Made by a program: the position numbers and the translations under genes | Notes under the pieces: model-generated | The model's database searches: none | What the model saw: the letters and a program-made list of their open reading frames with translations, nothing else | Told to the model about the DNA's origin: nothing | Shown here: positions 28,184 to 39,100 of the stretch, piece by piece | Numbering within the stretch: the stretch's first letter is position 1 | Layout: every line of letters begins with the position of its first letter | IMG/VR virus record: IMGVR_UViG_3300037808_001516 | Span: 1 to 64,000 of that record | Origin: a virus | Direction: 5' to 3' (one strand) | DNA: 64,000 nt

Positions 28184-28623
28184 TGATACTCATATCACAC
28201 AGAGGCAACACTACCGGAGAAGACCCGCAAGAGAACAAGCCAAGCTTTATCGACCAAGCAATTAAGAAGGGCTTTGATGTAGAGGTCGACGTTTGGTTGA
28301 AAGATAAAGATCTTTTTCTAGGTCATGACAATCCACAATACCCTATTGACTTGCAGTTTTTAAAATCCCGCCCTTTGTGGTGCCACGCTAAAGACTTTAA
28401 GGCGTTAAATTTTATGTTGGACAATAATATAACTTGCTTTTGGCATGAAGAAGATCAGTATACAATAACCAGTAATAATCAAATATGGACTTATCCTTTA
28501 AAAAAAGTTGAAAAAAGAAGTATAATTGTCTGTAAGACGCTAGAAGATTCTAGAGAATATGCAAAAAGACATATTTTTGGAATTTGCAGTGATTATGTAG
28601 GAATCATCGAGGAAAAGAAATGA
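28183..28623 (+). CDS. Short glycerophosphodiester phosphodiesterase (GDPD)-like protein
   Basis: ISHRGN, EN, DVEVDVW, LGHD, WCHAK, GICSD. Confidence 0.72.
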   Translation: MILISHRGNTTGEDPQENKPSFIDQAIKKGFDVEVDVWLKDKDLFLGHDNPQYPIDLQFLKSRPLWCHAKDFKALNFMLDNNITCFWHEEDQYTITSNNQIWTYPLKKVEKRSIIVCKTLEDSREYAKRHIFGICSDYVGIIEEKK

Positions 28624-29567
28624 AGCTGGTAGTTATCACCGGGTGCCTAGGGTTTATAGGTTCACAAATTACAAGAGACTGTTTAGAGAATGGATTCAAA
28701 GTTTACGGAGTAGACAGTCTCACCTATGCTGCAAACACTGGTTTGCTAGAGATATTCCTGCAGAACAAAAACTTTAAATTCTGCAAAGAAGATATAGCAG
28801 ATTTAGAAAATATTCCAGATTGTGATTTTGTAGTAAATACGGCAGCAGAAACTCACGTTGGAAACAGTATAATTGATAGCACTAATTTTATTAAAAGCAA
28901 TATTATTGGTGTGCAGAACATTTTAAACTTAATAAGAAGAAAGCCTAGCAACGTATCAAACCCTCCAAGATTGATACATTTCAGCACTGATGAAGTGTAT
29001 GGAGATTTAACCTCTGGAAGCCATACCGAAACAGACTTATTGAACCCGAGTAATCCCTACTCCGCTTCAAAAGCGTCCGCGGACCTGTTAATTAAATCTT
29101 GGGCTAGAACATATAACATACAATACAACATCCTAAGACCAACAAACAATTATGGGGAATACCAATATCCAGAAAAATTGATACCACTGGCTGTCAAACT
29201 CCTTCAGAGGAACTTGAAAATAAGATTGCATGACCATGGTGAACCAATAAGAACTTGGCTGCACGCAAAGGATACTTCATCGGCAGTAATGACAGTGATG
29301 GAAAAAGGAAAAGCTAACGAAATATATAACATTTCAGGAGGCTTTGAACAGAAAAATATTGAAACAGTTAAAAAAATAATAAATTCTTATGATGATAACT
29401 TAGATTGGAAAGAACACATTGATTTAAACCATGAGCGCCCGGGCCAGGATGTAAGATATTCCCTGGACGACTCTAAATTGAGAGAACTCGGCTGGAAGCC
29501 TAAATGTGTATTTGACGAGCAGATATCAAGCATAGTCGAATTTTATAAAAATAATTTTATATGGTAA
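28620..29567 (+). CDS. rmlB: dTDP-glucose 4,6-dehydratase
   Basis: TGCLGFIG, LTYA, AAETHV, STDEVYG, PSNPYSASKA, NNYG..QYPEKLIP, RPGQD.RY. Confidence 0.9.
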   Translation: MKLVVITGCLGFIGSQITRDCLENGFKVYGVDSLTYAANTGLLEIFLQNKNFKFCKEDIADLENIPDCDFVVNTAAETHVGNSIIDSTNFIKSNIIGVQNILNLIRRKPSNVSNPPRLIHFSTDEVYGDLTSGSHTETDLLNPSNPYSASKASADLLIKSWARTYNIQYNILRPTNNYGEYQYPEKLIPLAVKLLQRNLKIRLHDHGEPIRTWLHAKDTSSAVMTVMEKGKANEIYNISGGFEQKNIETVKKIINSYDDNLDWKEHIDLNHERPGQDVRYSLDDSKLRELGWKPKCVFDEQISSIVEFYKNNFIW

Positions 29568-29580
29568 AAAGGAGATAAAA

Positions 29581-29787
29581 ATGAAATTATCAAATCAAGC
29601 AATGGGAGCCATCATGATGGCTTTACAAAAGTCTTTGTTGGAACAAAGCGACATAACACCGGTACTAATGGATTTCAATTTTGAGGTCGGAGAAGACGAA
29701 GCACTAATCGTACGCAACCCACCGAAATTTCAAATTGGAAAGGACACTTTTCATCCCGAAGTCAAAAGTACTGTCGGATCTGATTAG
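29581..29787 (+). CDS. Hypothetical protein
   Basis: 68-aa ORF with SD AAGGAG. Confidence 0.65.
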   Translation: MKLSNQAMGAIMMALQKSLLEQSDITPVLMDFNFEVGEDEALIVRNPPKFQIGKDTFHPEVKSTVGSD

Positions 29788-30035
29788 TGCCAGTTTATTG
29801 TTATAAATGCAAGGACTGCAGCGAAGAATTTGAAGTAAGACACAGTATGAGTTTTGAAGATCAAGCCTGTCTATTTTGTGACAGTAAGAATATATTCAAG
29901 CTTCCGTCTATGAGCAAGAGAAAAGTTGAACAATCAACCAAAAAGCGCGCCGGCATGGTGGTAGATGAATATATCGAAAACGCAAAAAAAGAAATTAAAC
30001 AACAAAAAATAGACCTAAGAACAGAGGAGATGTAG
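29787..30035 (+). CDS. FmdB-like zinc-ribbon protein
   Basis: MPVYCYKCKDC...FE...CLFC. Confidence 0.75.
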   Translation: MPVYCYKCKDCSEEFEVRHSMSFEDQACLFCDSKNIFKLPSMSKRKVEQSTKKRAGMVVDEYIENAKKEIKQQKIDLRTEEM

Positions 30036-30036
30036 C

Positions 30037-30330
30037 ATGTGGTTTGCCCTTTTTATAATCAGCGCGAGCTTAAATTTATTGGCAATTTTTTATATAAGGT
30101 GGTTAATAAAAGTTATTTCTACGATTAATGAAGACGTCAAGTCGGTTTCTAGCTTGGTTACGGAGTTCGCTGAACACACTAAAAGTGTATATGAGTTAGA
30201 AGTTTTTTATGGAGATGAAACTTTAAAGTCCCTCATGGTACATGCCACGAAATTGTCTGAGCAGCTGAGTGATCTAGACTTAGTTTTAAATGAAGAAGAG
30301 GAAGAACAACTTGGAACAGAAGAAGATTAA
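30037..30330 (+). CDS. Hypothetical membrane-anchored protein
   Basis: N-terminal TM helix, acidic tail. Confidence 0.6.
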   Translation: MWFALFIISASLNLLAIFYIRWLIKVISTINEDVKSVSSLVTEFAEHTKSVYELEVFYGDETLKSLMVHATKLSEQLSDLDLVLNEEEEEQLGTEED

Positions 30331-31018
30331 AAGAAAAAGAAGACCCCGGACGAAGAACAATTACTTCACTAAAGTTCATGAGGACGCAATAGTAAAGTAT
30401 GCTCTCTCTTCCAGTAGGGAAGAAAAATCAAAACTGTATATTTCTCTGATACAGCCTGCTTTTGATGAGATGGTGAATAAGATTATATTCACTTACAAAT
30501 TCAACAACCTACCAAACATAGACCCACTACGTGATGATTGTAAGATATGGCTAACAACAATATTGGATAAATATGATCCAAATAAGGGCTCCAAAGCATT
30601 TTCTTATTTTTCAGTTGTGACAAAAAATTGGTTCATCCACAAAGTAAAAAAGAACTCAAAGGACTTAAAGAGACAAGTATCATATGAACATATCGTACAT
30701 AACGGCGGGCCCGACTCCTTAGGTACCTCAAGTAGCAAGGTAGAATATGTAGAACAGAGGGAACAGGCTGAGTTCTGGATGTGTTTGTTGACCCAGGTTG
30801 ACAAATGGGACACTGGAAACTTAAAAGCTAACGAGAAGGCAGTACTAGAGGCTGTAAAAGTCCTGTTGCATAACATAGAGGATATAGAGATATTTAATAA
30901 AAAGGCTGTCTACCTCTACTTGAGAGAGTTGACTGGGCTGAATACAAAGCAGGTGGTTAACAACTTAAATAAATTAAGAGAAAAGTACAGAACTTTTAAA
31001 CACAGGTGGGATAAGTAA
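30290..31018 (+). CDS. Putative phage late-transcription sigma factor (T4 gp55-like)
   Basis: NYFT...AI..Y, KYDPNKGSKAFSYFSVVTKNW resembles sigma region 2 (gp55 NPFAYFT); precedes structural module. Confidence 0.65.
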   Translation: MKKRKNNLEQKKIKRKRRPRTKNNYFTKVHEDAIVKYALSSSREEKSKLYISLIQPAFDEMVNKIIFTYKFNNLPNIDPLRDDCKIWLTTILDKYDPNKGSKAFSYFSVVTKNWFIHKVKKNSKDLKRQVSYEHIVHNGGPDSLGTSSSKVEYVEQREQAEFWMCLLTQVDKWDTGNLKANEKAVLEAVKVLLHNIEDIEIFNKKAVYLYLRELTGLNTKQVVNNLNKLREKYRTFKHRWDK

Positions 31019-31034
31019 TAATTTTTACGAATTC

Positions 31035-31044
31035 CTATTTATTT
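31035..31044 (+). promoter_or_regulatory. Candidate late promoter (CTATTTATT)
   Basis: Recurrent motif at the start of the structural block. Confidence 0.45.
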
Positions 31045-31045
31045 T

Positions 31046-31339
31046 ATGGCAAAACAAAACTTAGAAAAATATATTGAAGACGCGACAAAGAATATAGTTG
31101 ACGACCGGGCTGCAACTAAAACCTTGCTCATGACGGTTATGAAATACATGCAACTGGGAGACGATCGTCACAAAGAGGTGGGATTGATAGCAGCCAAGTA
31201 CTTAGAAACATTACAAAGATCTAACGAACAATTGGTTAAACTTGCAGCGCTTCTTCAAAAACAGGATCGTAGCACTGACGGTATATCCGACTCAGACAAG
31301 CAAGAGTTATTTGATCTGATAAACGACTCCGAGGAATAA
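31046..31339 (+). CDS. Conserved-type hypothetical phage protein
   Basis: 97-aa helical ORF (AKYLETLQRSNEQLVKLA). Confidence 0.65.
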   Translation: MAKQNLEKYIEDATKNIVDDRAATKTLLMTVMKYMQLGDDRHKEVGLIAAKYLETLQRSNEQLVKLAALLQKQDRSTDGISDSDKQELFDLINDSEE

Positions 31340-31343
31340 TGCC

Positions 31344-32144
31344 ATGACAAGACCAACAAACATAGATACGGCCGTCTCTAAGAACAAGAGCCCGATTCAA
31401 AACCGCGCCGGCACCCAAAATATATTCGACAAAATGAGATCTTTCTTTGCTGATGTAAAAAAGAAAGATGCCGAGCAAGGAACAGATGGAAAATTTTATG
31501 GATATGTGTTGTATAGCAATAAGTTAACGGTCGACCAATTTAAAGAGTTATTTAAAAATAATAAAGAATTTATGACAGATGTCATTGTTGATGGGTCCGA
31601 CGGAACAGACACCAAGCCCTCTGGAGAAGTTGTCGAAATGTATGTATACGTCCCGCAAGTTTCAGACTTTCTACCAGAACCGGACATCAGCCTTCTGAAT
31701 AAGTTCATATCTCTCAGGAAAGACGAAAAAGTATTAGAACTCCTAAAAACGCAGAGAGCAGAGTACGCAGCCCTTGAAGGTCTGAACTCAGAAGGGCCCG
31801 CCACAGCACAATCCAGCGCCCCTTCAGGCCCGTTGCCAGCGTCATCCCCAATTAGCACAGAGGCTAGAAGAGTTAAGAAAAATTCGGAAGCACAAAGGAT
31901 ATTTGAAAAACTTAGAGAATCTCTGAACATTATAACCATGTATCCTAAAGTCTACAAATACACTGAAAAAAGTGAATACTATGCCCCTGGAACAGCTTGC
32001 GAGGTGGAGTTTCCAAACGACGTCCAGAAATCAATGTTAACTATGGGATATGGAATTTATAAGAAACAGCTATCTGGCAAGATAGTTTTTGAAAATGAAG
32101 ATGCCGGCGCCTTAGATAGATTCGTTGATCGGAGTTTTTCATAA
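31344..32144 (+). CDS. Hypothetical protein, possibly baseplate hub-associated
   Basis: 266-aa ORF directly upstream of spike-like gene. Confidence 0.55.
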   Translation: MTRPTNIDTAVSKNKSPIQNRAGTQNIFDKMRSFFADVKKKDAEQGTDGKFYGYVLYSNKLTVDQFKELFKNNKEFMTDVIVDGSDGTDTKPSGEVVEMYVYVPQVSDFLPEPDISLLNKFISLRKDEKVLELLKTQRAEYAALEGLNSEGPATAQSSAPSGPLPASSPISTEARRVKKNSEAQRIFEKLRESLNIITMYPKVYKYTEKSEYYAPGTACEVEFPNDVQKSMLTMGYGIYKKQLSGKIVFENEDAGALDRFVDRSFS

Positions 32145-33172
32145 TGAAAAAGACAGATAAAAAATTTCACATTGAAGACGAGTTCTTTAAATCTGGATAT
32201 AACGGACAAGGTCCAAATCCGCTCTATGAACCAGTCCCAAACTTTTCAAGCCGACCCGGCGACGAGATCTTTCAGCCTGCAATAAATAACAACACGATTA
32301 TAATCTTAGGTCGCGACCGAGACCCATTCAGGGAAACAAAGGAAGGTGTCAAAGAAAAACACGCGAACAATCCTATCGATATAGAAACAGTGTCGGGATA
32401 TTCTGACTTTATGGGCGCAGGTGCCATCGACATGATTGTTGGTAGAGGCGCCCCATATGCCGTTCCAGGTGTTGGTGACTACCCCAATAGCTTGCCGCCC
32501 CTCTACCTAACCAAGACGGACAATAATTTAAGATCGGTTAGATTGAGAGACGGAGAGTTCCACCCTGGGTATGTAATGGATGCCGCTCGAATTTACATAA
32601 GTCAAATGTGTGATATAGACGAATATTTCGCACTTAAGAACACAGAAGATATAACGGTAGACCAAGGGCCGAGTTCTGCAATAATCCTTAAAGGGGACAG
32701 GTTGAGGATGCATTCTCGAAGAGACGTTAAGATAATCGCCGGCGGAGACAAAGACACGCCAACTGACTCAAACGGCTTCTCAATTCGAGAAAGAGGAAAA
32801 ATACATCTAATAGCCGGCAACGGAAGGTATGGTAACCAGCAACCTATACCTGTAGGTACGAACCTTGTAGCATGTTTGAATGATATTATAGAAAGTATTC
32901 AGTCAATCTCTACAATTTTAGAGAATGTGGTAGTTGCTCAAAAAGAAGTCAATGCTGCACTTAAAGGACACGTTCACGGCACCGGCGCCGGACCCACTAC
33001 ATCACCAGATCCAATTTTGCAAACATATTGTTTGAATGCTGATTTGGGAATGATTAACGACCTTAGACAGTTAATTTCTGAAAAAACAGTAAACACTTTA
33101 GCGATAGTTAATAATTACTTAAGCCCTGCAGGCGCCAAATACGTGAATAGTAGATACAACACTACGACATAG
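32144..33172 (+). CDS. Putative baseplate central spike (gp5/gpV-like)
   Basis: IILGRDR, DAARIYISQ, beta-strand region, C-terminal HVH metal-binding tip; context. Confidence 0.55.
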   Translation: MKKTDKKFHIEDEFFKSGYNGQGPNPLYEPVPNFSSRPGDEIFQPAINNNTIIILGRDRDPFRETKEGVKEKHANNPIDIETVSGYSDFMGAGAIDMIVGRGAPYAVPGVGDYPNSLPPLYLTKTDNNLRSVRLRDGEFHPGYVMDAARIYISQMCDIDEYFALKNTEDITVDQGPSSAIILKGDRLRMHSRRDVKIIAGGDKDTPTDSNGFSIRERGKIHLIAGNGRYGNQQPIPVGTNLVACLNDIIESIQSISTILENVVVAQKEVNAALKGHVHGTGAGPTTSPDPILQTYCLNADLGMINDLRQLISEKTVNTLAIVNNYLSPAGAKYVNSRYNTTT

Positions 33173-33181
33173 GAACATAAT

Positions 33182-36100
33182 ATGGCTTTTAAGATAGACA
33201 TTGAACATAGAGGCCGGTTTTTAACGTTCGGACCTAGATTTAAAGGCGAGACCGGGAAAGACATTTTCGCCGCCAAGGTGGCATTAGGAATACTCCGGCC
33301 AATTCCAGCCGCGTCTGAAGAAGAAAATAGCATAGAGCTTGGTACTGAGCTGTCTTATGATTCTAATATCCCCTTGGACGAGCAGAAGTGGTTCGATTGC
33401 TCAACTGGTTTGGGCGTTGACTTGGCAAAAGCGACAAAATTCGACACAACCTTGGAAAATGCTTTAATAAAATTTCAGTTAGATAATCAGTTTCTAATAA
33501 CCTCTTATTATTTTGAGAAATTTGGATATTTAAAGTTGCTCAACGCAGCAACAAATGACAAGACTATATTTGAAGCAGAGATAGCATCACAGATCTCAGT
33601 TTCCATGGGGTTATTCGAATCAGAATTGAGGACACTTGGCGAGGCTACTATCGCGATTATGCACGGATGGCTACCTGGAACCCGATTAGCGACAAACACC
33701 TCTTACACGCATGACGACAGGGTCTATTCAAACTCCAATATCTATGACGGTAGACTTCCCACCGTATTCGACTTGGTTCCTATCGGAATATATAACAACT
33801 TACTAGATCCAGAATATTCTCAAAACTTTGCTTCACTGCTCCGATCAGGTCTCGCAATACCCGGGACTTTGGCAAAGTCAGCAATCGCAAACGGCCCCCG
33901 AGATGGCGAGAGTTTTATGGAATGGCTTTCTAGATCAATGGAATCTAACAGGGCATGGGCATCCACACTTGGAGACGAATTCTTAAATTTTGAATATGGG
34001 TCTTTGCAATATTACCCCGTACTCACCGCGAAAAGTTCTTTATACACCGCTGCGAGTCAAGTAGTGGACTACTATTTAGAAAATGATTTATTTTCACAGA
34101 CTCTGTCGCAAGAGGAATTAAACGAACAGGCGAGAAGGGCTATCTATCCAGATCCCTTTTCGAGAGAGGATGTTTTCATAATAGATGGAACAAGGTTGGG
34201 GATATATACCGACACTGAATATTTTCTACGCGCAGAAGGTCCTCTGCCACCAGCATCGCTTCAAGAGGAGACTCAAGAGCAGCTCGAAGAGAGGGCGTTA
34301 AAAACAGCACTAGACAAATCACAGAAACCTGAAATATGGTATTTTCTCAAAGATGACGAAAAGTTTAAACAAACTTACCCTTCTCGCGACCGTTCATCAG
34401 ATGCATCATCTGGCCCGGACCATTCGGGAGATTATCCTTCTAGAATTACATTAAGTATGTCAGCCAGCTTACGAGAAAATTATGGTGACCTGTACTCTCC
34501 ACATGGAGACACTACAGGTTTCAAGAAAGAAAACTATTGGGTCTTGACAGCTGACGAAACAATAATTGAAGCTGGAGACAATCAAAATAAAGCACAGCAT
34601 TGGAGAGTGTTAGAGTCATCAAACGCCTCAAACCCATTGATAAGGTTTAAGGAATTTATCACGCCTTCCCTGAGACCAGGACAGAGCTATAGGGCTTTGT
34701 TTGAAATTAATAGACAAAAGTTTGAATTAATTACAGATGGAGAAGGTTTCGAGCAGCCCCCAGAATCCGCCACTCTAGATGTTGACCCAACATCCGAAAA
34801 TGTTTGTTTAGATCAAAATTCAGAGCAAGCAGAGCGCGCTTACGAAGAGTACCGATCACATGCCATAAAGAGAAGAAGAGAGATGGTTCGAAAAATCAGG
34901 GAGGCTGTGAGAAGTAATGACGGCTCTAGGACAACTGTTAATCTCGGCGTTCTTGGCGACTTGGACCTGGGAGGGTTTAATAATTTAAACATGGACACGC
35001 AAAGCGATTACGAGGTAATGCAAAAGGTGGCTCAAGTTTTACCAGGACAAGAAGCAATCGACTTTATCACTGGCTTTTCCGCAAGTACCAAAGACAGAAA
35101 ACTTAATAACCCTGACAACGACACAAACAACCTATCGATAACAGTGGAAGAGTTGAAGGAGCGCGTCGACAAAGCAGCAGAAGACCTAAGAGAGGCACAA
35201 GACATAATTACAAGAGAAAGAATAAAATTTGAAAAAGGGACAGACTTTAATGGTCAAAACGAAGCTGCACAGCTAAGTGCTTTTTTTACGGACACAATCG
35301 ACCGAGAATTCGGAAAAAAGTACAAAAACTTATCGAAGGAAGAATTGTCAACATCACTAGATTTTAGCTTTAGGGCCACCGGAGTAGGCCTGTTAGGTCA
35401 CCGGTCAGGTAAAGACGTTACAAGCTTCGCCGGCAATAAATCAGCCGGACTGAATGAAGTTGAGTCGAAAAAAATATTCACAAGACCTCGTACAAACAAC
35501 TATCTGTCTTTAATAAAAGATATGACTGCTGCACCAAAATTTTCGGGTTTTTTCGATGATTCTAGAAACTCATGTAAAGACTTAGGCATCAATATTGACA
35601 AAATTACTGCGTATGCTTTTGTTACAAAATATACCTCCGGGCTAAAGGCTGCCGCAAGAAAAGAGGAAGACTTTTCATTTAAGAGTTGGTTCGAAAATAA
35701 TGTCACAGACCCAATAAAGGAGTTCGGCGCCACCTCAGCACAGAATTTTGAAGATTCCTTCGATCCTGACAACTTCCCTGAAGACGCGGCATTAAGAGCC
35801 CTAGGCCAAGAGTGTGATCTAGAAAAGGTATGGTTAGGAGCCCTTGACAAGCTTGATTTAGTATCTCTACTATGTGATTATATCAAGTGTATTAAGCTAC
35901 CTCCTTTTGATTTTAAAGCCCCCGATTTCAGGCTTCCTCCCCTACCTAAGGTTCCTATATTGGGATGGTATGCTGGTTTTTATAAATTTGTAAGGGACAA
36001 TTATGAGCAGATATTAACTAGGCTAGCCTGTACCGCATCCAAGATGATAATAGACAAGCTAGCATTCCCGTTCTGTGAAGAACAGTTGCAAGACTTTATC

Positions 36101-39100
36101 CAAAATGATCTATTGTCGAAAAACCAGTACGCAAAGCAAGCAGTTATTGAATCGCTGACACGAACCGGAGTACCTGATGCAGACAAGGCGAAAGACTTCT
36201 TCGATGCAACATCCAACATCCTGACCGGCAGAGAACTTTGTTATATATTTAAAGGGAACATGCCAGACGATGCAACAATGTCTGCAATAACAAGGATGGC
36301 TGCAGCCACCGGAGTTTCGGAATACCTAGGAACTCCAGAAGACGTTATCAACTTTTTTGGTGTAGTTGGAGTGTATTTGCCTGACGAAATATGTGACCAG
36401 TTGAATAATCAAACTATTGTTAGCCCGACTAACTGTGATGATACAAACGATCTATTAAGAGGTGTAAGAAATAGACTACAAACAGGTGATGCCACTCTTT
36501 CGGATGAAGAGATAAACAGAGTTGTGAATTCTGCGGAACAAAGCAAACAAGAAGAAGCGGACAGGTTAAAGTCTTTTCTCGATAATGGTTTCAGCGGCTT
36601 GGTACCACCGATATTTCAGTATGGAAATGAAAGCGCTCCAATGTCAGACTTTCCAGAACACTTTAAGAAGGAACAAGAGAAGACAGCAGAGTCCATCTTT
36701 TCAGTACCTAAAAAAGCCTACAGCGAGGGGTTGGCTCAATATGTTCCAGCTATGTACGTAGGAAGCCCAGTTGATCTATGGCCATACGATGAAAGGTATG
36801 ACCAGTGGCAAGTATTGAGGCTTGAGTCTGCCCTGGAGCAGTTGAGGGTGTACGCGGAGACGATGGACCCCATCACCGGTTTCAACCCAAGACCAGAGTC
36901 TCAATGGGCTTCTTTGCATACATTATATGAAGTTGAGATTATAAACACTATACCAGGGAATCTAATTTCAGAAGATAAGAAAGCGTCTTTGCAAATTCTA
37001 GAAGGGACAGAGAATTCTAGTAATCCTGATTACATAGTTCCTCATGATACTGAGATTTTTAATCCACAAAGAAATAGCTACACAGGAAAGCTTGATATAC
37101 AAACCAAACGGAATTCAGTGTTGGTCCACAAGAGAAAGATTGCCGGCATGGACACTAAAGAGAATATCGAATTCGCACTCATCGGCTTAGAGGATGTAAT
37201 AGACAGATACGATAAACGAGTCAGACGAACTTCAGACGGAAAACAAGATAGACTCAAACGACAACGAGAGCCTTTTTTGACACAAAGGACAGAGCTGAAA
37301 AACTTGCTTTATCGACTTGAACAAAATCCCGAAACGGACTTGTCTCAAGCCGGAGTGGTATCTTACGAATTTTTTATGGCCTATCAGCAAAATATAAACA
37401 GTGAAGAAATTGAGAATTATACCGATGATTCAGGGAACAGACTTCAATTTGCACTTATACCATGGTTGGTCACAGGCCCAGATGAAACGGGCTCCGAAGA
37501 TTATCGAGTACACTCCATGGACTACGAATACAGTAAATTCTTGCGAGAGTACCTCGAAACAGACGCGAATTTGATTTCGTCAGCGGACTGTGTCGAGCGT
37601 ACAATGTCCATCGAATACAACGCGTACGGCATACCGAGCTTTTCGTACGACTGTGTGGAATACGCCCCAAAACCAAACTACGGAGAACTTAAAGAAAACG
37701 GTAAGAGAATTTTTGATACTCCCACTGCAGCTGCATACTTTAGGCTAAACTTCAGTCGCACTGGAGAAGATGACGCCAATGCAAATATTCAAACGGCTAT
37801 AAATGCTGTGTCGCAAAGAATAAATGATTTGTCATCTAGAATAACGGAAATAATCACCAATAGGCCTCCCATATCCGATGATCTTTTACTTCCAGGCCTT
37901 GAAGAACTCTTAGATCAAAGATCAGAAATAGCTTTAGAATCATCAGACAGCACCGCTGAGACCGTAGCATCCAGCGGTCAGCAATTCTCACTTGAATTTA
38001 GAGCAACTACAGCATACTCTCCGAAGATTACTTTGAGAGAGATGACTGCCGCGGAAGGAAAAGACAGGTACGACATGATAATTGAGGGAGACTTTTTCAT
38101 TGGGCTTGATCTGGAATCAGCCAGTGGACCCGCAGGAAGAGAGGTCTACAGTTATTGCAACCAATTACCAGACGCATATACACACCCAAGACCGCAAATG
38201 CGCACCCAAGAAGATTTCTTTTCGTCAAAAAGACATAGATTTTCAAATATGCTGATTGATAAATTAAAGTCTAATTTTTCATATCAGAGACAGAATACTA
38301 ACAATCAATACTTTGAAACTGAATTCACAAGTGGCGAGTTTTACAAGAGAACGACAGAAGCAATCATAGAGTCTCTTTTAGAAGAGCTATCTGAATCTTA
38401 CTTGTTTGAATCGGAAGAAGTCGAGAGACTAGATAACAGAATAGTTGGAAAAAGACAGAGGAGTACTTGTGTATCAAACCGATTCTCATTCGGTGATGCA
38501 TCAGTGGTTGCTTTCAACAAGGCTATACTTGGAGATGTCTCGACTGAAATAGCAAAAGAAATGGCAAAACCAGAAAATGCACCGGAAAATTATGATTTTG
38601 ATTCCCCATCTGCATTTGACAAGGCGATGCAAAATTTAGCATTCAAAGGCTTTATTAAAACGTGCTTGATGGATATTTTACTGAAAGGTGGATTGGCTTA
38701 TTCTAGGTGGGACGTCGAGCCGATAGTGGAAGAACAGTTTTTTATAGATTATGCGATATCTTATGTTTTTAACGAACTTCAGAGTAGTAGTGAATTGAAA
38801 GATTCTTGGAGGATAAACATTGAAAATGTAACAGGGATATCCAATAGCAAGGTTGCTCTTGATACTTTGGTGAAACAAGAGTTGATAAGATTGCCAAACT
38901 ATTCGAAACAGATCTTCAACCCTGAAAACAATAGTACAAATTTCTATAACTGGTTCCTGGAGGAAAAGACGTCACACTTTCACGTATCTAAGTTCGCGGA
39001 CTCTGAATCTCAACCATATTCGCCCCACATCGCGAAACATATAAATAGAATTTACGATAACCAAAACGAGAAAGTTTTTATACAAAACAAACCTGAATTT

